From Camelus dromedarius (taxonomy: Eukaryota): a DNA stretch of 64,000 nucleotides. Positions 12,310 through 24,014 of this stretch are shown piece after piece. The stretch spans positions 68,326,001 through 68,390,000 of the forward strand of contig NC_087437.1 in the NCBI RefSeq assembly GCF_036321535.1. Direction: 5' to 3'. The notes below the pieces were generated by a model. The model saw only the letters and a list, made by a program, of their open reading frames with translations. It did no database searches and was not told the origin of the DNA. A program made the translations under genes and the position numbers. How positions within the stretch are numbered: the first letter of the stretch is position 1; the number at the start of each line of letters is the position of its first letter.

Positions 12310-12470
12310 CAAGATAAGCCACAATTTTCCCATTTACAAAAATGGTAATAGTGTTATTTCTGTCATATGGCCATTGTAAGATTAAATGATATCACACACA
12401 TGTAAGCACTTAGCATCCCAGTGCTTCAGCTATACGAGGAGGTATGTGATGAATTTAGTCAATTATTAAT
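12310..12470 (+). mobile_element. MIR SINE 3' half
   Basis: ttttcccatttacaaaaatggtaatagtg...attgtaagattaaatgat...tgtaagcacttagca. Confidence 0.65.
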
Positions 12471-13631
12471 TTTTGTTTGTTCCTAGCAATTCTGCTTGGC
12501 AGGTGTTCTTTTCATGGACATGGTATATCCCAGACAGAGACCACATTTTTCCCCAAGGTGGCCACCTGCACTCTTTTTTTCCCGTGTTATAGAATCCTTG
12601 GCATTTAACCATTTCTTTACCACCCAACCCCTCTTTCTGAATTCCTAAAGCCCCCCAAGAAAAAGGGAAGTTTTCAAACTTCTTCCAGTCCTGCCATTTC
12701 TCAAGCAGTTTGCCTTGCTAGTCCCTCCACAAAAACAGAGCTCGACAAAAAGGGGGAAAGTTGCAGTATTTTTTAAACTGTTAATATTTTCTTTCCTTAA
12801 TGAATTGGTTGAAATGGTCCTTGCCTTTTAAATGTGAGTGGAGTCAGGACTTCCTCCCTCATGTCTTTGTCCTTTCTGAACTCCTGTTCTTAGATTAGGC
12901 CTTGGAACCTCTGGAACCCATTTTAAGAATGTAGTGAAGTTTTATGAAATGTAAACTCTTTGAAAGCACATAAATTTTCTTGACATCTTTTATCCCTAGT
13001 GACTAGCACCAGACCAGGCATATCGGTCCTTAATAAGTGTGGTCGAGTGTGGAATATAAATGTGAGCCACACTACTTATTTAAAGAAAAGAAGCTCTTTG
13101 TATGTGAACCAGAACATAGAGGGTTGGTAGTTTTTGTAAGGGAAAACAAACAAGCTTATAAAACACATGTATATTAAGTCCTAACATTTTCCCCTATATA
13201 CTGTATTGCACTGTAGAAGAAATGAATGGTAGACTCATACCAAATAATAATGTCATAGGCAGGAGCATGTGTCAGCCAATGATGAAAGAGCCCAGTGTGC
13301 AGACAAATACACTGAAGAATTTAGCATTTTTCCTTGGACCTTAACACAAGTCACTGTAGTGTAAATAGAGTCAGACAGCGTGAGTAGAGACCAGGAAAAA
13401 ATGCACTTCATTATAACCAGAGTGACTCTCAATCACTTACTGATTTAAGAGTTGTATTAGACAGAGTTAAAAATTAAAAAGAAGTAGGAGACACAGCTCC
13501 TAACCTCTTTACTCTTCAAAGGCATACATGAGGTTTATTTTTGTTTTGTTGTGTTTTAATTTATAAAAGCTCCTTGACTTTTTAGTCTGGGATAACATGC
13601 CTCTGGCCAGGGGAGCAGCTGATTCCCTCCT

Positions 13632-13727
13632 CATTGGCCCTCCATATCTACGGGTTCTGCATCCTTAGGTCATCCATGGATGGTTGGATCTGCAGAGGCA
13701 GAGCCCTCAGAAATGGAGGACCAGGTA
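13632..13727. mobile_element. Palindromic Tigger/MER2-end-like MITE remnant
   Basis: Arms tggccctccatatctacgggttctgcatc and gaggcagagccctcagaaatggaggacca are imperfect reverse complements that resemble the MER2/Tigger terminus cagtcggccctccgtatccgtgggttccgcatcc. TA at the right flank. Confidence 0.65.
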
Positions 13728-16700
13728 TACATGCTCTGCAATTTATCAGCCCTTTCCCTCCGTCTGCTTAGTCCTCGTATCTGTGGTCTTTGGATGGAGG
13801 TGGGCTTGGAAAGGGAGGACAATCACACGGGTATCATCCTATTAGTCTGCTTGGTCTTGTTGGGAAATCTTGTCAATAACTGTGTCTTACAGAGTGAGTA
13901 TGTCTCTGTATCTGCATCTCAGAAATGAAAATCATCCTATAAAAACTTGAACAAAGTGCTTTATTTCACTCGAAATGAAAGTCAAGGAGAGCTCAGGGTC
14001 AGACTTTACAAATGCTGTTTGATCAGGCAGAGTGGTAAAGTGAGCATTGACTTCCTTCAGCTAAGAACTCAGTGCATCTGACTGCTGTGGACGTAGCATT
14101 ACCGCCCATACCTCAAATTTGGTGCTGGAAGGTGCTCACTGCATCCTCACTGTGTATGCAGACCTCTCTGCAAATAATCAATGATTATGTAGTGATTCAA
14201 AATACAGAATTCAATCATAGAAATATTTGTTATGCACATACTATATATAAGATATAGATATAAGTATCTATCTATATCTTAGTGCTAGGCTCTGGGTTTG
14301 GATAATTGAAAAATGTATAATCTGTGCTCTCAAGGACCTGAAAATGAGACAGGCAGATAATTAAGCCAAATGTGTTCACTGTGGATATATATTTATATAT
14401 ACTTATACATGTACAAATATATATATACACACACACACACACATACACATATGGTTGTATAGAAGTGAACAGATAAATTCAGATCTCCTTAAAGAATCTG
14501 CAAAAGGTTACATTCCAACAGGGAATGTGTGTGGAAAAGTGGGAGCAGTATACCATAAGCTGTTACTTATACCAAAAGTAGTAAGATCCTTAGCAGATTT
14601 ATAAAGATATGGCCATTGTGTACCTTTTGATAATGGGAGGAAGCATTTGTGCAGTTTCCCATGTTATTCTCCTGCCCCAATAAGAGGTTATCATGACAGC
14701 TTAATAGCTGTGCTCTGAAGTGATGTTAGGGCAGCCCACTTGGTGTCTAGCCTGCTCTTCTTCGAGTACCAAGTGGCTAGTGAGCTATTTGTAGGTACTA
14801 TGGGAACATTGTTCTTTAATGTACTCACTAGGTCAGAGAGTTTGCTTAGCAATTAATAAAAATATATATTTTAAGGAACTTAAAAGTTTGTGTCACTAGC
14901 AGAAAATATTATCATAAAAAATAATTATGCATTAACAAACTGCTACTTGTGGTAACCATTGAGCAGTTAGATTATCATCCAAGTGTAACAGATAAGAAAT
15001 CTGAGGCCAGTGTGAGTGTTCATGTCTTGCCTTGGGTTACATAAAAAATTAACACAGAAAGCTTATCTTTGCCCCGATTCTATGCCATATTCCCATCATT
15101 CTTGGACTAACTCCAAAATTCCTTTCCCTTACATGAATACTTAATATTCCTTTTATCAATTCTCTCTATATAATCCTGTTGACAGTATTCGGCTGTTTTC
15201 CTGTATATGTCAATAGACATTTTTGTTAGTAGAAATTTTAGGGAAAGTTTGTGATATATACTAATTACATCATCTTATTTTTTAATAAATGGACTAAAAG
15301 TAATTACACTGAAATGTTTTCTTCCTAGTATTAAATTTACTAATAAAGCTTATTCAATAAAACCGCACATCACCTTAGCACTCCCTGAATTTGGGGAGCA
15401 CACAGATGTGATTCTCCCTGAGTGTCCTTAACAACAGGTTTGCTTGGGGTAGGGCTAGTTCATTTTTGGACAAGGAGAATTCATCAGTATGCGAGTAGCA
15501 TTTCACTTCCTTGCTGGAAGCCTTCTGAGATGGGACCTTGAGATGTGAGTACCTGAAATCCTTGCTCTTTACCGTAAGAAACGAACTCTTGTGCCACACG
15601 CTCTCACTGTCCTTCAGATATAGATGTATTGTAATTCATCATGTATCTGTAAGGGGGATGTTGGTTCCAGCTCTGAAATGCAAATCTCATTCCCTTTGCC
15701 TTTATTGCCTCCTCAGAGGTGACTTAAAAGAACGTCTAGACAATACCTCTGACAATCTCTGCTTTCAAGAGATCTGAAAGGTGAGGGTTTTTATAACGTG
15801 TGCTTTCAATTCTGTTCCATAGGCCACTGTGACTTTCACAAGACACATATAGGCCAGAGTACATTAAATTTGATTAAAACTGTGGATTTTGTTTACACGT
15901 AAGAGAGAATTTTGAGCTCACTTAACAGATGCCTTCACAACCTTGATACCAATCAGTGGAAAGTGCAGGGTATACGGCAAAAATCAATATACCATTCGCT
16001 TTGGACATTTCAAAAGAAAGATAGAGATTCTGAAGTTAGAAATATGTTTGTCCTCAAATAATTCATTTTAGCTCTACTTTCAGAGCTTTCTTTCTTTTTC
16101 TTTGTTCTTTTGTTCTTTTTTTTTTTTTTTTTTTTTTGATTAAGGTGAGCATTAGCAAAATGAAATTCCCAGATTGAGCACTGAGCCTGGAGCAAAGTAG
16201 GTGCTTCAAAATGTTAAATGAATGAGTACATAATATTTATCTTCTCTCTTAAGGGTGATATAATCTAACAACAAAGGAAAACACTAACTACCAGCATGTT
16301 TTCAGCAAATACTGCTTTATTTCTTTCTAGGACAATCTATTTTTTTCAGTAGCTGTGCCTTCTGATTCATAGGCATAAAAATATTTCAATTGCAAATGGT
16401 CTCATCATTGAAATGTAGAGAGAGGGCTGACTCAGTGTTGAAACACAAACAGAAAAAAACTGTTAGGTAAAAAGCAATAAAGTTTAAAACAGTTGTGTCA
16501 TACAAGTAATGCCTTTTTTTCTTTTTTAGTGCAAGGTAAAATGTATTTTAATATTCAGTAGCTCACTGGCATCCTATATATGCATTTTGATTTTTTTTTT
16601 TTTTAGCTTACACTTTTCTAAAATCTCTGAAACACAATTATTTCTAACTTAGGAAAGAGTTTATCTTCTAGTTAATTGCAATATCTCCCAAACAAAAAAG

Positions 16701-18099
16701 ATTTTGGATTTTTGTTTTCTTGGCAAATATGAGTGAGAAATAAATTAATTAGTCTTTAAAAACTACTTCTCTGGGAAGGTTTAAGCCATTGCTTAAGATC
16801 ACTGTATTAATCATAATCGTTTCACAGTTAACTCATGTGCCTTTCGATAAGCAATAGTAACCATTTAGGTAAGGATTAAGTGCCATTCTCTAATAGTTAA
16901 AAAATGCACACATGCATTGCTATTGAGAATATTTTTAAATAGTATATTTGGGTTTTTTGTTGTTATTATAATGTCTTTTATTTTTGATAAGAATATTTGC
17001 AAAACCACTTTCAGAATAGACATAATGATTACAATGACTGTACTGACACTTAATTTGAACACTAGGACAGTTTTCAAACTGTTTCTTGCAGTCATCCAAA
17101 ATGTGAAATTGCTGGTAATTTAGGTAAAGATAAAGACTATTGTGCAGAAGGGAATTTTCAGACTGTATTATTCTGATGGGCTATTTGGTTTGATTTCACC
17201 ATATGTAACTTGTCAAATCTTCATTTATCTTGCTTGCTGAGATAAATCCGAATGATAGAGGTGCCTCCTAGTAGAAGTAGGTGTTGATAAAAAAAAAAAA
17301 ATCATCTGCAGTCCTTTGGTTGATTAGACAGGGCAAATATTTTCAGTCTTGAAATAGGCTTACAGTGGAATCCTACTATGACATGAGTCCCTCCTTACGG
17401 AAATACCATTCAGCAAACACTTCCACTGCCTCCGTGTGTACAATTTATTGCGTGCTCTGCATGAGACACCATAGAAAGAAATTCAGGACATGAGCACTCA
17501 TTTAATTTCTGAGAGTTCGATGGCCAGTAAATATTGCAATTTCTGTATTCTAGGTTGGGGAAATATAATTTAACTTGTCAAAGTTTTTATATTGCTCAGC
17601 AAATGAAGTTGCAGGGAAATGCACCATAAGATCCAATCATGCTAATAAAAATAACATTTTGAGATGCAGGGTTTTTTGATCAGTAAGCCCGGTGGAAACC
17701 TAGTGTCCAAGAAAAATGTCTTGATATTCTTCTCAGGGCCAGTGAACAGGCTAGCATTCAGTTAGGTTTATTTAATGTTTTAATTACTTACTTAATTAAA
17801 AGTTCCTAGGATTCTGTGGATCCTATAAAGCAGATTCCACGAGATTCTAGTTTCTACGAGAATAAAAAATATATATGTGAGTAAATGTATATAACCTAAA
17901 GAGAAATATTTCTTAACTCATATGAATAAGAATTATATATATATATGAATAAATATGTGTTTAGGTGGGGTGGATGAGAAAAGGAATGCCCTTTTCCCCT
18001 TTTTGTATAATAATAATTTACATCTGGAGGCAGGATAAATATATATGATATATATTCTTAAATGGTTTCAGTGCTGATTTTTTGATTTGCTATAAATAG

Positions 18100-18325
18100 C
18101 CATGGTTGAAAGAATGAGTTTTGACATCAAATAGGCTTGAGTTAAAATTCTCTCTTATCTTTTTTTAATAACTGATACAGGCAAATTCATTAACCTCACT
18201 AAGTCTCAGGTCCTTACATGTACAGTAGGGTAATAAAAATACTTCTTTATAGATTAGTTATGAGCAGTAAATAAATGATTGCTTGCACGAAAGAGTCACC
18301 TCTCAGCAGCTTTCATTATTATTAG
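18100..18325 (+). mobile_element. MIR SINE
   Basis: catggttgaaagaatgagttttgacatcaaataggcttgagtt...ggcaaattcattaacctcactaagtctcagg...gggtaataaaaatac. Confidence 0.75.
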
Positions 18326-18499
18326 CAGTCATACTAGAGGAAAAAATATTTCAATGTGTATGGAAGTGAAGAGTTTTCCCTTTCCTAAGAACTCAGTGAA
18401 ATGTAATTATTGACTGAAGGAATTCAGAGTGATATATTGATGAAACAAGAGATGCACATCACATGGACAGCCCAGGCATCCTTCCTTGGAGGGTTAATT

Positions 18500-18870
18500 T
18501 AAATGAACATTATCTGTGCATCTGCTGTGTTCCAGGCCAGGCTCATTGCTAGCATTAGCAATGAAAGAGGGAACATAAGAAACATGTCTCTGATTTAAGG
18601 ACTTTACAGTCTAGTTGTGAAGACAGGACCCATTTTAAACCAACAAATAAATAAAGTCATTAGAAACAGTGGTAAGTACTATAAAGAACAAAGAGAATTC
18701 TAAGGGAGAGAGTGATGTCCTTATGGCAAGGGAATCAAGGAAGGGCTCACAGAGGAAGTGACCTTAAAGCTGAGAACCAGAGGGATGAGAAGGAGCCAAC
18801 CGTAGGCAGTGTAAAGGCACCCAGAGTACCTGCAAAGCCTCCGAGGGGGAAAGGCCTGTGGTGTGTTACA
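18500..18870 (-). mobile_element. L2 LINE 3' fragment
   Basis: gcatctgctgtgttccaggc...aaggactttacagtctagt...ggtaagtactataaagaa...atcaaggaagggctcacagaggaagtgacc. Confidence 0.7.
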
Positions 18871-19042
18871 TTATTATGACCACCAGCAGTGGCAAACTGT
18901 CCTGCTGCAAATCAGGTGTTGTAATTTTGGTATGTTCATGCTTGTTTAGATTTGTCTTTGTGTCACCAAACTAACTATTTCAAGAAGTTATAAACCCAAT
19001 GATTTCGATATTTTTGAAAAGAGATGACATTTGTGTACTTTA

Positions 19043-19070
19043 AAAACAAACAAACAAACAAACAAACAAA
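19043..19070. repeat. (AAAC)n microsatellite
   Basis: Run of aaac units seen directly. Confidence 0.9.
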
Positions 19071-22000
19071 AGAAGCAAAACTTTGGCCTTCTTTTTTAGA
19101 CAGTTAATGTAAAAAGCCAGACGTGTATGCCACCCTGTGGTCATTACTTCTCGTAGACGCAGAGGCAGGACCTAAAAATAATAACTCTATAAGTAGATAT
19201 TAGGTTAGGAAGCTTTGAAATAGACATTATGGGACCCACGGTGATACAGTCTCTCTTTTTTCTATTTTACCATATCTGGGTCATCATAAAATACCCAGAA
19301 TAAAATTCTTGTCTTTGGAGAACTACATTTAGGTCGGCCACTTTCCGCTGGGATGCTGGATTGCTCGTGGGAGCAGTGCACTCCAGCAGGTTGAAGACTG
19401 GAGTGTGTTTGGAAATACAAGAAGACAGGAATTGGATTCAGAGATAATACCCTTATCCCCACTTAAAATACAAAAAGTTCAGTAACTCCTCCAGAATCTC
19501 CTGAAACCTAATAGCACTTCTGAAATGCCCATCCTCTCCTCAGGACCTAGCAATCTTTCCAGACTTATGTGAAATATGTTTTCAAAACGCATTGTCTAGA
19601 CCAGTGCTTTTTCTGCCTTTTCATTTCTGCACCACCCCTGTAAAATTGTTTCAACTTTCCAGCCCCATCCTGGTAAATACATTCAACTCTCAATTATCTT
19701 CACCAGTGAAGGGGAGCATTAGTGCAGATAATTGAAATTGGTGAATAATCCGCACCATTGGGCTGTAGCCAACTCCTCCTACTCAGGCTGAAAAAATATA
19801 TATTCATATATATTTATGGGGAGAGAAGGCAGAGCTTCTGCTCTGAGAAAGAGTCTTATTTGAAAGACAGTCTTGTCTCCCACTGCTCTGGTTGCATTAT
19901 GATCCGATCTGTAGGCATGAAGACTTGTGCACCATACTTGGAGTAGTTGCCTGTCACTCCACGCCAAAGACCTTCATCTGATAGGAGACTGTGTGTTGTA
20001 CAATCAAAGACGAGCTACTTAAGAGCCAGAGATAACTAGGCAAGTAGACGTCAACTGGAGAAACCAACATCTACAGAATTCTTAACCTATGACTTCGTTT
20101 CGCTCTCAGAGAAATGGAGGCTTAAGTCTAGCATGCTTCCTCTTTTCCACTTTATAATTTTTTTAACCATAGGGTATCCCAAAGCAGCTATTGATATCTA
20201 AGGCATTTCTCACCTTGAGCAATGTCAACAGAGGCTGTCCAAGATTTAATATACTCTTTAAAAAAATAATGAATATCACCAAGTTTCTCAAGACAGAATA
20301 GCCTCTTTAGTGAGGGGTTCTGGGTGGCAATGACCCTAGAAGCAAAAATGGCTGACATGAAGTGATCAATTGAGAGTCATGATTCAATCCAGTGGTTCTG
20401 CCAGGATCCTAACCCCCGAGAGCAGAGTGCAGTCCATTGTAAAGATCCTCACAACCCCAGAACTGAGCTCCTGCAGACTGCACCATCGATCAGAACCTTT
20501 CTCCTTCTACCCAGCTGCCTTCCATCTGCTGCCGGGCCATCTTTCTCTTTCCCTGTGTTCATGCAACTTTATTTCACTTTAATGCATTTTCCACTCTCCT
20601 TCTTGGTTCCTTTTCCTGACGTTATCCTGTGCTTACCTCCCTATTCTCATTTCCTATGCTTGCTTTTTCTTTTATAAAATTCCTTGCCTTAATTCATCCC
20701 CCAATCTTATTTTTAATACTTCCCTTAGTTTCCCGCCCCCAAATTTTCACTTCCCTCACTCCCTTCTGCCCTAGCATCCTGCATTCTGATTAGATGCCAT
20801 ATGTATAACAAGGTAGACAGATGCTTCGCTGTTCAACTAAAGGACTTTTTAATCTACCAGAACAGAAACCACGAGCTTTCTTTTTGTTTGGGGACATCAG
20901 CAATTCATGGCAAAGGGCTTAGGAATATAAATGAGGATTTTTTTTTTCTTCAAGCAGCATGGAGTCTCAGCATGTCTCTCTTACTCTTCTTATTTTAGTG
21001 GATCTGCAAAGTAAAAACTTGGACATGTGATGGATTCATAAATACTGCTAATGACGCTTAGATCTCTGTATACACAGTGCTTTCATTAGTGGGGGCAGCT
21101 GGCATATATCTATAACTGTTGGTGCAATTCACCTATTTATTCATCCATATATATATATATATATTTTATCTGTGCCATTGACAATGTCTATTTTGATGGA
21201 TTTCTCAGGTTGCAATTTTCTAAACCTTTATCCAAATTGAAAGTGTTTCTGTTTCTCTCTGGCACTCTTTGTAATTGGCCATAACTTTGAAGTAGATAGA
21301 GGCACACAGACAGCTTGTCAGACCACATAGCCAGGTAGGTCAGGCTTAGGGTACCATTTCTGACAGCCATTATGCTATAGGGTTCTCCTGGTGTGAGGCT
21401 GACCCCAAAGAGAAAAATGTGAGGAGAAGAGCCAGCAGTTGGAGGCAAGGGCCCATACAAGACTGTTCTGACCCCAGAGAGTGCTTGGGGATGAGCCCTG
21501 GCTGGAGAAGCTGGCTTCCATCTCTCTTTGGGGTGGGCTGGCTTATCTGCCACAGGGATGGGGCCCCACTGCTGCTTCGCCAGTAAATAACAGTGTGGAG
21601 TTAAGGATAAGGGTGCTTTAGAGGCAGGGTGTCCAAGCCACACCCAGAGCCCCTTCCATGGAGTCTGTGTCCCCAAGTCACCAGGACTACTAGTGGAACT
21701 TCAACTAAGATGACATTTCAGGGTCCCTCGTACCTTCCTGTGCTGCACTTTCACTAAAGGATCTCAATGATGTCAACTTCTGACTTCCGCACTCATGGTC
21801 TTCCCTAATGGCAAGTGTCTGGTTGGCCCCGCTGTTTTCCTCTCTCTACCATGTTGGGGCCTCCCGACTCAACTTACCCAGAAGTCTTCACTCACTAGTA
21901 GTGTTGGAACCCCAGGACTTTTGATAAAAGTTAACATTTTGCATAATTAAGGGTTTTTCAACAAACAAAAAGCCCTCCACCTCACTTGACAAAGTAGTGG

Positions 22001-22612
22001 CACCAAAGACCTTGCCCACTGAAACCCAAATGACCACAGTGGCCCCTTTGTATAGATGCCAGTGTTGAGTGTAAGGAAGGCTTGCGTGTTACGTGATGGT
22101 TTGGAGTTTTTCTAACTTGTGCAAAGTTGCCATCAACGTTGGAAAATACAGTCCTACAATTCTTTCCTCAGGCTGCTTGGCAAAAGAAGTTCTTACCAAA
22201 TAATCCACAGCCATGGATTTCTTTAAACCTAGTGACATTTTTCTTAACTGTACTTTACTCTGTGGACATTTTTGTTGTTGTTTTTAGGGTCTCTTTTTTT
22301 AAAAAAAAATTTTTTTAACTTTTTTTATTGAGTAATAGTCATTTTACAATGTTGTGTCAAATTCTAGTGTAGAGCACAATTTTTCAGTTATATATGAACA
22401 TATATATACTCATTGTCACATTTTTTTCGCTATGAGCTACCACAAGATCTTGTTTATATTTCCCTATGCTATACAGTATAATCTTGTTTATCTGTTCTGC
22501 ATTTTAAAATCCCAGTCTGTCCCTTCCCACCCCCTGCCCCCTTGGCAACCACAAGTTTGTATTCTATGTCTATGAGTCTGTTTCTGTTTTGTATTTATGT
22601 TTTGTTTTGTTT

Positions 22613-22981
22613 TTAGATTCCTCATATGAGCAATCTCATATGGTATTTTTCTTTCTCTTTCTGGCTTACTTCACTTAGAATGACATTCTCCAGGAACATC
22701 CATGTTCCTGCAAATAGCGTTATGTTGTCAGTTTTTGTGGCTGAATAGTATTCCATCATATAAATATACCACATCTTCTTTACTCAGTCATCTGTTGATG
22801 GACATTTAAGCTACTTCCATGTCTTGGCTACTGTAAACAGTGCTGCTATGAACATTGGGGTGCAGGTGTCATTTTGAAGTAGGGTTCCTTCTGCATTTAT
22901 GCCCAGGAACAGGATTCCTGGGTCATATGGTAAGTCTATTCCTAGTCTTTTGAGGAATCTCCATACTGTTTTCCACAATGG
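22613..22981 (-). pseudogene. L1 ORF2 C-terminal remnant (123 codons, no EN or RT domain)
   Basis: Translates as PLWKTVWRFLKRLGIDLPYDPGILFLG...TCTPMFIAALFTVAKTWK*LKCPSTDD*VKKMWYIY..EYYSA...ILSEVSQKEKEKYHM, the conserved ORF2p C-terminus, with internal stops. Confidence 0.9.
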
Positions 22982-23123
22982 CTTTCCTTGCTTCCCTCTC
23001 CCACTCTTAAGGATTTAGATGTCTTCTTTTACAATTTGTGTTTATTCTTTTTGTAATTCATGGCAGTTATCTCCTTTCCAGTTATGAGTTTCTCATTTTT
23101 GTAGCGTGCTACTTCTTTTCTAT

Positions 23124-24014
23124 TTAGAGTTGACCTGTCAACATTTCTTTTAGCATGGGTTTAGTGTTGCTAAACTCTTTTAGTTTCTGCTTGTCTGTGA
23201 AGTTCTTTATCTCTCCTTCTATTCTAAAGGATAGCCTTGCTGGATAGAGTGTCCTAGGCTGCATCTTTTTTTCATTCAGGACTTTGAATATATCTTGCCA
23301 CTCCCTTCTGGCCTATAGTGTTTGTGTAGAGAAATCAGCTGAGAGCCTTATGGGGGTTCCCTTGTAACTCACTCTTTGATCTTCTCTTGCTGCCTTTAGG
23401 ATCATTTCTTTATCCTTGACTCTGGCCATCTTGATTATAATATGTCTTGGTGTGAGTCTGTTTGGGTTCTTCCTGTTTGGGACCCTCTGAGCCTCCTGTA
23501 CTTGGATATCTGATTCCTTTAGGTTCAGGAAGTTTTCAGTCATGATTTCTTCAAATACCTTTTCAATTCCCTTTGCTCTTTCTTTCCCTTCTGGAACCCC
23601 TATTATGCGTAGATTGGCACACTTTATATTATCCCATAGGTCCCTTATATTGTTTTCATTGTTTTTTATTTGTTTTTCTCTCAGCTCTTCTGATCAGGTG
23701 CTTTCTGTTGTCCTGTCTTCTAGGTCACTTATTCGTTCCTCTGCATTATCTAGCCTGCTTTGTACAGCCTTTAGGTCAGCTCTCATCTCAGCAAATGAGT
23801 TTACTAATTCTACTTGGTTCTTCTTTATAGCTTCTATTTCATTTTTGACATATTTTATATCTCTAAACACTATTTCTTTTAGTTCCTTCAGTACTTTGAT
23901 CACTACTTTTTTGAAATCTTGATCTATTAGGCTATCAATGTCTATTTCATTGATCGTTCTTTCAGGGGATTTCTCTTGATCTTTTAATTGGGAGTGGTTC
24001 CTCTGCTTCTTCAT
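23124..24014 (-). pseudogene. L1 ORF1p (RNA-binding coiled-coil/RRM/CTD protein), 296 codons with two nonsense codons
   Basis: Track ORFs 23694..24014 and 23313..23543 are in the same frame. Reading through TGA (23696-23694) and TAG (23315-23313) gives RLDNAEERISDLED, LWDNIKCANLRIIGVPE, TPRHIIIKM, PIRLSADFS, ARREWQDIFKVL and LYPARLSF, ending at TAA 23126-23124. Confidence 0.93.

Noticed and set aside
23542..23922. 126-aa plus-strand ORF
   Set aside because: Antisense shadow of L1 ORF1.
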